Of a stretch of 64,000 nt of DNA, positions 1-13,900 are shown piece by piece. This DNA is from Octopus sinensis (lineage: Eukaryota): NCBI RefSeq assembly GCF_006345805.1, contig NW_021835982.1:1-64000 (forward strand). The letters are read 5' to 3'. A program made the position numbers and the translations under genes. Every line of letters begins with the position of its first letter. Position 1 is the stretch's first letter. The notes beneath the pieces are model-generated. The model was not told the origin of the DNA. It saw only the letters and a list, made by a program, of their open reading frames with translations, and made no database searches.

Positions 1-229
1 ATCTAGAAATCTACATCTGGGATTATCCAATAATTTTTTACTACTTTATCTGTCTCTTTGTCTTTTCTCCTGGTAATGTATGAATGCTTGATGTGGTTTT
101 AGAGTCAGGTTTTCGCTGCTATCTCTAGCATGGTGGTATCTTTTAGATACCCTAAATTATCATTTTAATAATAATTATTACCTATACGGTAATAATTATT
201 ATTAAAATTGCGAATAAATCTACTTTTGT

Positions 230-670
230 ATGTATAAATTGGAGGTATTTGTGTATTACTACCTTCTACATATATCTATTTCGTACTAGTGATGTTTCAT
301 TTATGAGAACCTAATCCTGTATTTGTCTTAATGTTGGGTCCTCCGGAGTTTGGATAAAATAGGGATGTCAAGTCAATGTACCTCCATGTTGGCCTTTGGT
401 ATACTGGTTGAGTATAGAGGACTGTTTTTTGACGTCATATGTCTCAAATGTTCAGTTAGTCTCTCCCAAATGCTTCAAGATATCTCGCCAATATATGTCA
501 TATTCTTGTCTTTACAAGCACCCTCTATGCACCTAATACTGTAGACTACATTTCTAGTTCTACATTTACTGCTAGGTTTAATCTTGCATACTATGCCCTT
601 ATCATTGGTGCATATAGTATTCCCAAGAGGATACTCCTACATAATTGTGGTCTGATGGCGCACCCTGGAC
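230..670 (-). mobile_element. Penelope-like element remnant, GIY-YIG endonuclease region (pseudogenised)
   Basis: Manual minus-strand translation gives ...TICTNDKGIVCKIKPSSKCRTRNVVYSIRCIEGACKDKNMTYIGEIS*SIWERLTEHLRH...SPLY...HGG...DPTLRQIQD, matching the PLE GIY-YIG pattern (NVVY-x-I-x-C...YIGE...ERL-x-EH). Contains stops and frameshifts. Confidence 0.75.
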
Positions 671-1826
671 CGTTCTGAGGACAGCCTCCAACTTTCGATG
701 GTCTACCCTATAGAAAGCTTTCAATTGATCCAAATTGATCAGGGCCCCTCCCATGCCAGGTTCCTTAACTACCCTGTCTATGATGTAGCGCATCAGATGG
801 AGGTTGTCATGGATGCTCCGGCCCGGCACGGCGCATGTTTATGCCTTGTCGACCAGTTTCTCGATGACAAGCGCCAACCTCTTGGCTAACACCTTGGCTA
901 AAATGTCCAAGTTTTCATTGAGCAGAATGATGGGCCTAAAGTTATTTGTTATGTCCCACTTGTTTGGATCTTTCTTTTGCAGCGTCACGGCTCCTCGGCT
1001 CTGAAAACGGGGTATGCTCCCGTTTTGCTGCCATTTGCGATACACTGCTGCCAAGACGTTTCCAAACAAGTCTGGCATACAACTGTAAAGCTCGTAGGGC
1101 AGACCATCCAAACCCGGCGATTTGTCCCTCGAGCATTCTACCATTGCGTACCGCACTTCCGCTGCCGTGATGGTACTTTCGCAGCGCCCTGCTTCTCTTG
1201 TCGAGAGTCGTGACAGGCTGTGTAGGTAGGCACTGACGTCCACCCTGCGTTCTCGCCCGCCACTCGTCCCGAACAGTTAGGCAAAATGCTGTTGAAATGC
1301 CTCACACATTTTACTTGGCTTGAGCAATTCGCGCCCCTGTTCATCTACCAGAGACCGAATGCTGGCTTTGTTGCCCTGTTGCGCCTCCACCACCCGGGCC
1401 TCTCGCGCGGCTCCAACACCATCGTTCCTTAGAGCACGCATCCTACCTCTGACAGCACACCGTTCCAGTTTGGCGTTGAAGTGTTGGTCGAGGGCCAACT
1501 TCGCAGCCAAAACGTCGGTTGCGATGCCGTTTCTAATTGCCTCTTCTAGCTTCTTAACTCGGTCACCCTCCACTCTATTTCTATCTATGGCTAGTGCTTT
1601 GCTATACCTAATCGCTTCTGCTTTTATTGCTCTCTAAAGAGCAAACCACCATTTGTTGTTGATGATGGTTCCCTTCAAAGTGCTCTTTATTAGTCTGCTA
1701 ATCCGGTCACTGAAAACCTGTCTCGACGAGAAAGACGCATTTAGTTTCCAGTACCCGAGACCCTGCCGATGTGTCTTACCTAAGTCTAGCGTACATGTCA
1801 CAAGTTTGTGATCGGTGTAACAGACT
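671..1826 (-). mobile_element. L1/Tx1-group LINE, copy A (end of APE to mid-RT; truncated at both ends)
   Basis: ORFs 839-1243, 1277-1573 and 602-829 (KSPGLDGLPYELY, NFRPIILLN, INLDQxKAFxRVDH) are colinear with copy D at about 55340-56490. The 5' junction runs directly into (GATA)n at 1827. Confidence 0.9.
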
Positions 1827-1961
<135 letters not shown>

Positions 1962-2410
1962 TGTATGTATATCATGTGTTTATGTCACTATGCACGTATG
2001 TATATATATTTGTTTCCGTGTGTATGTTTGTACATATATGGCCAGCTTTGTGCCACTATCTTTCTTCTGAACCAGGTTACTCGAGGTGTCATATTTGAAA
2101 CAGTTTCACACCCTAGTAGGTATATAATATAAAGAAGTCTCCGGTCCACGCAGTGGATGTTTCTATTTTGTCAATCAGTTATGCATTAAAACAAGCATGT
2201 TTGCAGCAGATCTGCATAGCCATCGGAGATGTCATTGTCGGACAGTCAGCGATGCAATTAACGACGAGGAAGCGCAAAGAGACGGCAATCATCTGAGAAT
2301 ATGAAGCAGTCACCATGTATGTATGTGATTATATATAGTCTCAGAGACTGAATTCAAATGTAGAAACACGCATTATGTCTTTCTCTCTTGTGAGTCACAT
2401 TATTAGACTT

Positions 2411-2820
2411 GGATGGAAGCACTCCGTCGGTTACGACGACGTGGGTTCCAGTTGATCCGATCAACGGAACAGCCTGCTCTGATGTGAAATTAACGTGTAA
2501 GTGGCTGAGTGTGATGAGTACTCCACAGACACGTGTACCCTAAAGTAGTTCTCGGGGATATTCATCGTGAGTCGTGACACAGAGAGTGACAAGGCCGCGC
2601 CCGCCCTTTTAAAATACAGGTACAACAGAAACGGAAGTAAGAGTGAGAGAAAGTTTGTGGTGTGAAAGAGTACAGCAGGGATCACTACCATCCCTGCCGG
2701 AGCCTCGTGGATTTTAGGTGTTTTCGCTCAATAAACACTCACAACGCCCGGGAGGGAATCGAAACCGCGATCCTACGACCGCGAGTCCGCTGCCCTAACC
2801 ACTGGGCCATTGCGCCTCCA
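2411..2820 (-). mobile_element. tRNA-derived SINE family A (tail type i), full length with 15-bp TSD
   Basis: Head GTGGAGGCGCAATGGCCCAGTGGTTAGGGCAGCGGACTCGCGG...GGTTTCGATTCCC carries A and B boxes. TSD CACATTATTAGACTT at 2396-2410 and 2821-2835. Homologous to 43174-43562 and 60427-60813. Confidence 0.9.
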
Positions 2821-3816
2821 CACATTATTAGACTTAACACATGGCAGAATGGATTATAGAAAAATACCATATCATACAAGCTAAAGTTTTGCAGTTCATA
2901 TTAGTTCATCCATACCGGGTACATCAATCCTCCTAGTACGTTATTGTCATCTAAATTTTCTGAGAAAAAAGAAACAAAACAAAAACGATTTTATATCTTC
3001 TGTCTGGAGAAGCCATACTGTCTTAATACCCTATTATCTAACACACCATTTGGATTTCCACTCATTTAATATTTATGTTTCTTCTAAAATGTTCGTTGCT
3101 TTTGCAACCTTGTTAACAAGGTACCAAAAGCAACAACATTTGGAAGAAAAAATATGTTTAAAAAAATCAAGTGGAAATCGAACCGGTGTGTTTTTACTAA
3201 TAAGGCATTAGGACAGTATGCCTCTCCCCAGACACAACAAAACTTGCTCCAACGCACAAATTCACATACACAATCTTGCAAACCAGATACAACAACGAAA
3301 ATTTTATATGTAAATATGGCTTTAATAGTCAGAAATATTCATTATCTAAGACGAACCTTAATTGCTTATCAGTATTTTTCACAATCGAGTAAATAGTTCT
3401 ATTGCACTAATGCTAAAGTATTTAGGAAAGTTATTTGTGTGATGAATAAATTTGTGATTTGTGTGAACTCTTTATTAATTTATCAGTGTGACTTGGCCAC
3501 CGCCGATAGATCTCTGATTGGATCGGATAAAATGAACCAATCGCCAAATTGATTTTGATAACGGTGTTATCGATGATATCAATGTGAACCGAAGTACCAG
3601 GAAACAATATTAACAGCAGAATTCGCTCATTATAGTGCCGTCACCACCATCACCATCGCTAACATCAACACCACCACCTCCATTTCCAATACTAGGACGG
3701 GATATTATCTCCCTGTCATAATCATATCATCTCGACTGTTTACTCCACAACCATACAAATATATATATATATAATATATATATATATATATTATATATAT
3801 AGATATATATGTAGTG

Positions 3817-3847
<31 letters not shown>

Positions 3848-4052
3848 GTGTGGTGAGTGTGTGTGTGTATAAGTAAAGGTGAGTGAGGTCTAACGATCAA
3901 GACACGATCAGTAGGTAGCGGATCACCCCTCATTTGGATAATTAATACTTCCGAGGTTCAGCTTTGAAACATATGTAGCCTGGATTTTCCCGAATTTGAA
4001 GTTTGAAAGTTGGACACACACGCACCCTCCCGCCGTATATTATATATATATG

Positions 4053-4087
<35 letters not shown>

Positions 4088-4099
4088 ATATATATATAT

Positions 4100-6495
4100 G
4101 ATACTATCCACAATATTGCAGTGGAGAAAACCCTACTCTCCGACCATGACATGGTTCTCTGTGATCTGAGATTTCACTGGCCAAAATGCAAAACAAATGT
4201 CATCCCTCCTGTTTCATCCATTGACACTATGGATTTCCACAATGCAAACTGGGAAAGCGATCAATAATGATCTTGACAAGTCGATTGGTCCTTCACGCAC
4301 ACATACACACCCACTAACATCAAAAAGTCCTGGCAGTCACTTGTAGACACCATCACGAACATATGTGCAAGACACACCCCATTAAGATCTGCAAACAAAT
4401 CTAAGTGTCGAATCCCTAGAAATAGAAAATCTCTCATAAGGAAAGTTAAAAGAATCAACAAAAAGATCAACATGCTGAAATACTGTCAACAGCAACACAC
4501 CAACCTGACTGCCATCTCGTCGCTAGAGATTAAAAAACATAAACTCCAAAACAACATGATGTCTATCATCAATAGTCAGCGAAGAGCTGAAGAGGCCTGG
4601 GCCACTGAGAAGATCAAACTCAATCCAAAGTGTTCTTTCATTTGCAAAAAACACAGAGTTATGGTTCTACTGTTGGCCCTCTGATTGATGAAAATGGTAC
4701 TCTTCAAGACAATGCCAAAACCAGGGAGAGATATTGCAGAAACAATATTGCTCTGTTTCAGCAATCCTGATATGACTGATCTGGGCTGTATCAGTGATGT
4801 TACTCCCCAATACACTTATCGGACATAACATTTGGCGCTCCTGATGTCTAGCAGCAATAAAGGAAATGAAAGCATAATTCAGCAGTAGGTCCCGATAGGT
4901 TCCCTGCTTGTGTCTTGAAGATGTGTCAAACCAACTTGCACCCCCTCTAGCCAATCTGTGACGGAACTCACTGGATGCTGGATATATACCAGAAGACCTT
5001 CTATCCCAGTCTGTTGTCCCAGTTTTCAAAAAAGGAAACAAATCGCTTGCCGTGAATTACCGTCCAATCTCACTCACCTCTCGTATCATCAAGGTATTTG
5101 AGAGGGTGCTGAGATCGCGTATGACTCACTTCCTTGAGAGTCATAATATGCTGAACCCAACCAGCATGGATTCCGTGATGGGGAGAGATTGCCTGACGCA
5201 GCTACTGCATCATTTTGATGACATTTTGAGAGCCTTGGGAGAAGGTTCCAACACTGATGTCATCTACCTTGATTTCAGCAAGGCCTTTGACAGGGTTGAT
5301 CATAAGATCCTTCTGAGAAAGCTGTCCAATATTGTGTCACTGGAAAGCTGCTGCAGTGGATCAAGTGCTTCCTGTCTAACAGAAACCCAACATGTTGTAG
5401 TCGAGGGAGTCAAATCCAGCCCAGCAAAGTCAGCAGTGGTGTCCCACAAGGCACTGTGTTGGGCCCACTTCTCTTCATCATCTACATAAATGATATTACT
5501 GAACCATCAAACACAGTAACATCAGAAACTTCGCTGATGATTCCAAGCTCCAGAAGGTCATCAATGGCGTGGATGACCGAATAAACCTTCAGTCAGACTA
5601 CTGGCTGTTGTCCAATGGCGGAAAAGAATAACATGTTGCTAAATGAAGACAAATTCGAACTGATCCACTTTGGAAGGGAGGACGCTCTGAAACTCCCATA
5701 CTCTCTTCCTTCTGGATAAATTCTCATGGCATCCAACAACATCAGAGACGGGGAGTAACAGGGACAACAACATAAGCTGGGCTACACATATAAGCAGCAA
5801 AGTTGACATGGCCCGCAGAATGTGTTCCTGGATTCTCAGAACATTCCAGTCGAGAGATTCCCACGCTATTATCCTTCTCTTCTCCACTTTTGCCCGACTC
5901 CACCTTGAATACTGCTGTCCACTGTGGTCTCCCTACACGAAGCAAAATATTATGAGAATTGAAGCTCCCCAAAGGTCAATCACAAAAAAGATAGATGGCA
6001 TGTCAGACCTTGACTACTGGGGTAGACTAGAGAAGCTGAAATTGTATTCACTCCAACGACGCCGTGAACGCTACATTATCTGTATGATGTGGAAAATATT
6101 CCATCAGCACTGTCTGAATGATGTTGGCATCACCTACAAAATGCATCCAAGGCTTGGACCACGTGCCATCCGTCCACAACAAAAATCTAAATCGCATCAC
6201 ATAACGACAATACGGCACAACTATTTCACCTCAATTGGACCCGCTCTCTTTCAACATTACACCAGGACACGTCAAAAAAGAAACTGACCACACAAAATTC
6301 AAGAAGTCTTTGGACAAATTCCTTCAAACAGTACCGGACAAACCACCCACCCCCGGATATGTCTCCGAAACAATAACTCTCTGCTCGAATGGGCCTTGGT
6401 GCCCAAATCCTGAACTGAAAGACTTCGCCAGGTAGTGCTATTAAGTTAGACATGGCCTGGGCCAATATGCCAAAACCTTTCTAGTTATTCTAAGT

Positions 6496-6496
<1 letters not shown>
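4100..6496 (+). mobile_element. CR1-group LINE, 5'-truncated (EN C-terminus, RT, 3' UTR), frameshifted
   Basis: LSDHDMV (end of EN), NYRPISLTS, DVIYLDFSKAFD (about 5271), VPQGTVLGP (about 5441), FADDS (about 5530), LYSLQRRRERY. The 3' end GTGCTATTAAGTTAGACATGGCCTGG is shared with the 24.2 kb copy. Confidence 0.9.
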
Positions 6497-6532
<36 letters not shown>

Positions 6533-6630
6533 ATGTATATGTATATATATGTATATATATATATGTATATATATATATGTATATATATATATATGTTTAT
6601 ATATATATATATATTATATATATATATATA

Positions 6631-6669
<39 letters not shown>

Positions 6670-6691
6670 ATGTATATATATATGTGTATAT

Positions 6692-6725
<34 letters not shown>

Positions 6726-6729
6726 TATT

Positions 6730-6767
<38 letters not shown>

Positions 6768-6861
6768 ATATATATATATATTACATATACATACACATTT
6801 ATTATATATGTATATATATATATATATATACATACATATATATATATATAAATACACACGC

Positions 6862-6914
<53 letters not shown>

Positions 6915-6965
6915 CGCGTGTGCTTACATATATGTCTGTATATATTTCTTCATACATGCATATAT
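6497..6965. repeat. compound (TA)n/(TG)n microsatellite
   Basis: Direct reading; source of the spurious YI/CV ORFs. Confidence 0.97.
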
Positions 6966-7404
6966 ACAAAACGTAGAACATCCATGCACTTCTCCGTGGA
7001 TATCTGGTAGTGCAGATAGAAAAGAAAGAAACCATCTTTAGTGGCGCAACCTGAATGCTCATCCCAGGATGGTCTTCACAGAAATCTCAAGGCGGTCTAA
7101 GTGTGAAGTTGTGATTCGGTGGTGTGAATACGAAAGATAGACTAAACCTAAACGCTTAATTTAGACCTGGCTATATCTGTGACTGCAGGGGTCCTATCTC
7201 CCTTCACAGTTCATTATGATAGTGCTTCTGTGGCTATTGGGCTGCTTTGACTCTTATTTCTAGCAACGGAGGCGCTGATCTTTGCACTTCGTTCACTTTA
7301 GTGACGTATAAATTTCTGCCTTTAAGTTGTAAAATTACGAATTAGTCACCCATAATATTTTAAAATTTCACTTTTACCGTATATGAAATCAGACTATGAT
7401 TTTA

Positions 7405-7559
7405 ACGGAAATCGTGGTAAGTAGCTTTCTTACAAATTACATGGTTCCGGGTTCAGTCCCACTGCATGGCACCTTGGGCAAGTATCTTCTACTATCGCCC
7501 CGGGCTGACCAAAGCCTTGTGAGTGGATTTCGTAGACGGAAACTGAAAGAAGCCCGTCG

Positions 7560-7594
<35 letters not shown>

Positions 7595-7835
7595 TGTGTG
7601 TGTGTGTGTGTGTGTGTGTGTTGTTTGTGTCTGTGTTTGTCCTCCCATCAACATCGCTTGACAACAAATGCTGGTGTGTTTACGTCCCCGTAACTCAGCA
7701 GTTCGGCAAAAGAGACCTATAGAATAAATACTAGGCTTACAAAGAATAAGTCTTGGGGTCGATTTGCTCGACTAAAGGCGGTGCTCCAGCATGGCCAGAG
7801 TCAAATGACTGAAACAAGTAAAAGAGTAAAACAGT
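7405..7835 (+). mobile_element. tRNA-derived SINE family B (CORE-like)
   Basis: GGTTCCGGGTTCAGTCCC B-box, CCTTGGGCAAGT CORE-like motif, internal TA/TG tract, tail GGCGGTGCTCCAGCATGGCC...ACTGAAACAAGTAAAAGAGTA. Confidence 0.85.
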
Positions 7836-8082
7836 AAAACAGCTGACAAAGTTAGATGTGTTTAACCGTAGGTGATGTGAGGGCCACCAATGAGCATAAA
7901 TCATCGATTATCCGTAGGGAGCTTATCTCCCTTGTCAGTTCATTAAGATGGTGCTTCTGAAGCTATTGAGTGATTTTGACTTCTATTTCTAGAAATACTG
8001 GTGCCGATTAGTGTCCTTTACTCACTCTATAGGTGGTAAAATTGCTAATTAGCCACTGATATTATTTATACATATGTGTGTT

Positions 8083-8128
<46 letters not shown>

Positions 8129-8161
8129 ATAATAAAAAATAAGCAGCAGAAATAACTGCGG

Positions 8162-8253
8162 TAATTTGGTACGATCGTTTCACGCTACATCATTTTATTA
8201 AATATTGTAAGTATTACAACAGTTTTAACAAGTTGAGCAATCATCAGCCATTA
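8162..8253 (-). ncRNA. minimal type I hammerhead ribozyme-like motif (PLE-LTR-like)
   Basis: Minus strand reads TAATGG-CTGATGA-[stem II]-GAAAC-GATC-GTA-CCAAATTA, with palindromic stem III ACGATCGT. Stems I and II are imperfect. Confidence 0.6.
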
Positions 8254-8409
8254 ATAGAGGTTTTCTATTAATACATAATTTTCTTATCAATTGATAACAT
8301 TATAGAGAAGGTAGATGTCGATTTAAATTTTAAGAACAATAAGGTAGTAGAGTTTATCAACTCTGCATCTAACCTAAGTACCATATTCCTTTTAATCTAA
8401 ATTTTGCTG

Positions 8410-8446
<37 letters not shown>

Positions 8447-8757
8447 AACGGTATAAATAATGGTAATTACATATTTATATATTGTAGCAAATTTGACTTA
8501 CAGCTATTTCTAAATGTCATCTAAAGGTTCGCTATTGATTGGTTTGTTCAATCGGCCTCTAATTCCAGGTCTTGGTATAACTGGGAACAGAACCCTGGAT
8601 TTACAATATAGGTGGGTATTGAACCATAAACTCCGACACTGCGACCAGAATACGTGCAGTATTCTTTACTAATCTGAACAATATATATAAACTGGTGTAA
8701 CTAGCAAGGAGCTTACAAAAATATTGCCTGAATTATAATCCTTCAGTAATAAGTCTT

Positions 8758-8762
8758 TTGTG

Positions 8763-8819
<57 letters not shown>

Positions 8820-8924
8820 CATATATATACAATATATTGACTATTATATAAATAAATTCATTTCTGTATTCAAACTCTCCATTTTCTTCATATTATATAT
8901 ATGTATATATATGTATGTATATTT

Positions 8925-8988
<64 letters not shown>

Positions 8989-9210
8989 TGTGTGTGTGTG
9001 TATGTGTGTGTGTGTATGTGTGTGTTTGTCTGTGTATTAGAAACTCCTCTTATAAGGTCTCTGCTCATTTCCTCTACAATATTCCTATACGATAAATATA
9101 TTTTAATTAAGAAATATTTTTCAAGTATTTTGACATTATCACATTATCGAGATATTTTCATAAGTTTTATATATATATGTGTGTGTGTGTGTGCGTGCGA
9201 AAATATATGA

Positions 9211-9250
<40 letters not shown>

Positions 9251-9464
9251 CATACACATATATATATATATACATATATATATTATACACATATATAATA
9301 TACATATATACATGTGTATATGTATATTATATATTATATATATATAATATATATATATATATATACATGTATATGTGTATATATATGTGCATATATACCT
9401 ATATATGTGTATATATACATATACATATATACCTATATATATGTATATATACATATACATATAC

Positions 9465-9504
<40 letters not shown>

Positions 9505-9532
9505 TTATATATATATTATATAATATATTAAA

Positions 9533-9613
<81 letters not shown>

Positions 9614-9645
9614 TATACTGTATATGTATATAAAATATATCTATT
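8758..9645. repeat. compound (TA)n/(TG)n microsatellite block
   Basis: Direct reading. Confidence 0.95.
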
Positions 9646-9649
9646 ATGT

Positions 9650-10390
9650 ATTAGGATAAGTAAAATGTAAGCAACGTTTTGAACTATGAGAATTTGTACC
9701 AGATTTTTGCAGAGTTTTGAATTCTGTTTTAAACATTTTCTTGAAATTGTCTGATAAGATAGACATAGAGATGCCTACATTCATTAATAAATTAACACTT
9801 TAATTTTTTAACGGTTGTTACAATCATCTTCAATGGAACTGTCGAAGCGCGATATTCGAGCAATTTTGCTATTCAATTTTAAAAGAAGGGTGTCAAGCAG
9901 CTGAGACTCCTCGCAATATGAACTAAACGTTTGGTGAGGAAATGGCCAGTGAGTGGTCAGCTCGAATATGGTTTAAACGATTTCGCAGAGAAGACCTTAT
10001 CCGTTATCTTTGTCAGCGTAGTGGACGCCCAGCTGTCATTGATGACGGTCAATCAAAGACCGTCATTTATAAGGATACATCTCAAACCACTTGAGAATTC
10101 GCAAAAGAACTTCAAGTTCGCTAAAAAAAAAAAGAACTGCCTGAAAACATTTACATGATCGGACAATCAGAAAAGCTCGACAAAAGGGTACAACTCGAAT
10201 GAAAATAAGAAAATGCGCAGATATGACATTTGCTCGTCGTTATTTCTCCGTAACCAAACCACTCCATTTGCCGACCGTATTGTAATTTGCGATGAAAAGT
10301 GGATTCAGTACAATAATAAAAAATATTCTTCGCAGTGGTTGGACCGAAATGAAGCAACGAAAACCTTCCTTAAACTTGAGCTCTTCAGAA
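9650..10390 (+). mobile_element. mariner transposase remnant (HTH plus first catalytic D), 3'-truncated
   Basis: AAET..N.N.TFGEE...WFKRFR...RSGRP HTH region at about 9860-10050, and ORF 10213 PFADRIVICDEKWIQYNNKK..QWLD matching the mariner TxDEKW motif. Confidence 0.85.
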
Positions 10391-10798
10391 ATAACAGTAA
10401 CGGTCTAGCATATAAAAAAATTATTCCTCTTCCTCCTTCTTGTTTTTCTTCTTCTTCTTTCCCTACCAAGAATTCACAACGACCTCGAATCCACAAGAGT
10501 AAACAAGGGAGACAGAGACAGGCAGAAACAAGGAAAATGCCACTTGTATTTGAACTCTATACAAATATTCCTTTGAAAAAACTTTTCTTTTAAAATTTTC
10601 TAAATTTAATTATTTAATTGTTGCAGTTGAAAAAGTCTCTATGACTGAAACCGGTACTGAAATGTTCTTTATAAAATTATTTTAGTATTTTCTATCTTGA
10701 TTTTTTCCATATATATAATATATATGATATATATAATATATATTATATAATATATATATATATATATACATGCATATACATATATATATATATATATA

Positions 10799-10840
<42 letters not shown>

Positions 10841-11265
10841 TATTATATATATATATAGATATATATCTATATATATATATATATATATAATTATATATAT
10901 ATAGATATATATATATATATAATATATATATACATATATACTTTACCACAACACCGAAATTTTAGAAGTAGCAGCGAAAAAACCTTAGCTATTTCTTCTA
11001 CTATATATACATATATAAAAACACATGCATATATACATACTTGCAAAAACATATATATATATAAGCACTAAACATAAGCATATATATATAAGCATTAAAA
11101 CATGATCACCGTTCATGATATGTATAATGCGAGCATGTTTGAGAAGATCGGCAAAACAGCGACTACATGACCTTAACGTCGCAATAAAATAACAAATACA
11201 ACAGACAATCTTTATTTGAATTATTGACAAACATACCCGTCTCAGCGTAACAATTTTTGTAACGA

Positions 11266-11302
11266 CATCCATCCATCCATCCATCCATCCATCCATCCAT
11301 CC

Positions 11303-11392
<90 letters not shown>

Positions 11393-11452
11393 TTATCTAT
11401 CCATCCATCCATCTATCTATCTATCAATCTATCTATCTATCTATCTATCTAA

Positions 11453-11522
<70 letters not shown>
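11266..11522. repeat. (ATCC)n grading into (ATCT)n microsatellite
   Basis: Direct reading; no LINE sequence at either edge. Confidence 0.97.
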
Positions 11523-11597
11523 GTGTTATCTATCTTTCTATATTATCAATCTATCGGATTGCTAACTTGTCTATGTATGTAAGTTTATATATATATG

Positions 11598-11646
<49 letters not shown>

Positions 11647-12849
11647 ATATATGTATATATTATATGTATATATAATAATAGATATATATATTATATATAT
11701 ATATATATATAATATATATATAATGTATGTATATATATCTATCTATATATATATATACATAGATATGCAAATATACTTATGTATGCAAGTACGCATGCAT
11801 ATGTTTGAAGAGAGCAGGTAAAAATCTTATGAGTGAGAGAGAGGGAGAGAGAGGGGGGACATATAAAAAAGGGAATAATAGAGAGAGTTACATAAAGGCT
11901 GAAAGGGAAGGGTATCAGGTGGAGAAGTACAGGAGTAGCAAATCGGTAAACGACATTTAGAAAAATAAAAAACAAAGTAAAGAACTGAAAATAAATGAAT
12001 GTGAACAAAACAAGTATTAAACAAATAAAATATAAATAAATATAAAGTAGAGGATTGCCTATACAACGGACATATTTCTGAGTGAAAAATAAGTAGTTGA
12101 AAGTAACAGGAAGTAGGATTTTTTTTATCGCTTACTTCTTATCTATAAACAAACATTTTTATGTTAATCTGGCTCCTTATTCGATTTTATTTAACCCTAA
12201 TTCCTTTATATATTATTTTTCGTTATATAGTTCTGCTTTCTTTCTTTTCTAGTTTCTTTTCTAGTATCCTCATCGTCGTTTTTATGCAGACATATAAACA
12301 CATAATGGAGTTGCATAATTTGAAACACGAGTCTTTAATAACAATGTCTGGTCTCTTTCGATATTATTAACACAGAGGAGAAAGAGAGAGAGGGAGAGAG
12401 GGTATAATTTACTCTTTCGTTTTATGTTGTTGTTCCCCATTCACCGTTGTTTGTTGTTCTTGTTGTTCTTGTTGTTTGAGGTGCTTGTGCTTGTGGTTGT
12501 GGTTATGTTTTCTGTTTATCTCTATTTTATTGTAATCACATTATCATTTACCGATGTTATTTACATTCATTCGTTCAACGTCTCGATCTTGTTTTTCTAC
12601 ACTGGCTGCATATGAATAGAATACAGCCGATACCATGATATCAATACGACCAACACACAGAAGCACACGCATACACACACACATGCACAATCACACACGC
12701 GTATACACAAACACAGACATACTCTCAAATATATGCATGAAGACATCTATTTGTATATATATTTGTGTATTTCACTTTGTCAGACTGAATATCTCTCTTA
12801 CAATCAATCTCTTTCTGTCTCAGTAAATATGTGTAGGGATGCATATATG

Positions 12850-12874
12850 TCTTAACGAGAGTGTGCGTGTGTGT

Positions 12875-12914
<40 letters not shown>

Positions 12915-12970
12915 ATAGATAAATAGACAGACAGACGAATGACAGAGATAGATAGATGGATAGGCAGATA

Positions 12971-13021
<51 letters not shown>

Positions 13022-13165
13022 GGCGCGCAAAACACACTGAAGCACTAACAAAAACACACACACATGCACGGGCACAGCCACAGAACACATGCACATCAAG
13101 AACACACATATATATAGTGAGAATGATGGATACATAGATATATATATACATATATATACATATAT

Positions 13166-13200
<35 letters not shown>

Positions 13201-13213
13201 ATATTAGATATAT

Positions 13214-13253
<40 letters not shown>

Positions 13254-13825
13254 GAGATAGATAGATACATAGATAGATAGAAAGACGTACAGACTTAGAT
13301 GTGTATATACGCCCGTTATTCAGCTGCACATGTTTATGTCGGTGAAGGTGTATATAAATGCAAAGGTTTATTTGCATGCAAATTAGAAAGAGAAAGACAA
13401 ACGTAAAATGATATATCAAAGCCTATACATACTTGCATAAATGTCCCAGTATGCATGTATGTATGTATATATGTATATATATATGTATGTATATATGTAT
13501 ATATATATGTATGTATATATGTATGTATGTATATATTTATATATGTATGTATGTATATATGTATGTATGTATGTATATATTTATATATGTATGTATATAT
13601 ATATATATGTATGCATGTATATATGTATATGTGTATGTATGTATATATGTAGGTATGTATGTATATATGTATATATGTATGTATGTATACATGTATATAT
13701 GTACGTATGTATGCATGTATACATATATCTGTCTGTCTGTCTGGATGTCTGTCTATCTATTTATGTCAATATATATATGTGTGTATATATATATATATAT
13801 GTACATATATATGTATGTATGTATG

Positions 13826-13859
<34 letters not shown>

Positions 13860-13900
13860 TATATACACACATATACATATGTGTGTGTATGTGTACGTGT
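12850..13900. repeat. compound (TG)n/(TA)n/(GATA)n/(TATG)n microsatellite block
   Basis: Direct reading. Confidence 0.95.

Noticed and set aside
4040-6520. (TA)n target specificity of the CR1-group LINE
   Set aside because: This copy is flanked by TA tracts, but the second copy (23705-24306) is not followed by TA, and TA arrays are ubiquitous here.
6515-7062. Long ORFs rich in Y/I/C/V (also at 8.7-9.6, 13.4-14.2, 16.6-17.1, 27.6-28.6 and 48.7-50.4 kb)
   Set aside because: Translations of (TA)n/(TG)n/(TCTA)n microsatellites that happen to lack stops; not genes.
8485-8560. CTTACAGCTATTTCT resembling the 36860 hammerhead half
   Set aside because: The other half of the core was not found.
11266-11522. 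(ATCT)n array as another LINE insertion site
   Set aside because: No LINE sequence on either flank; an unoccupied array (as are those at 13.2 and 39.9 kb).
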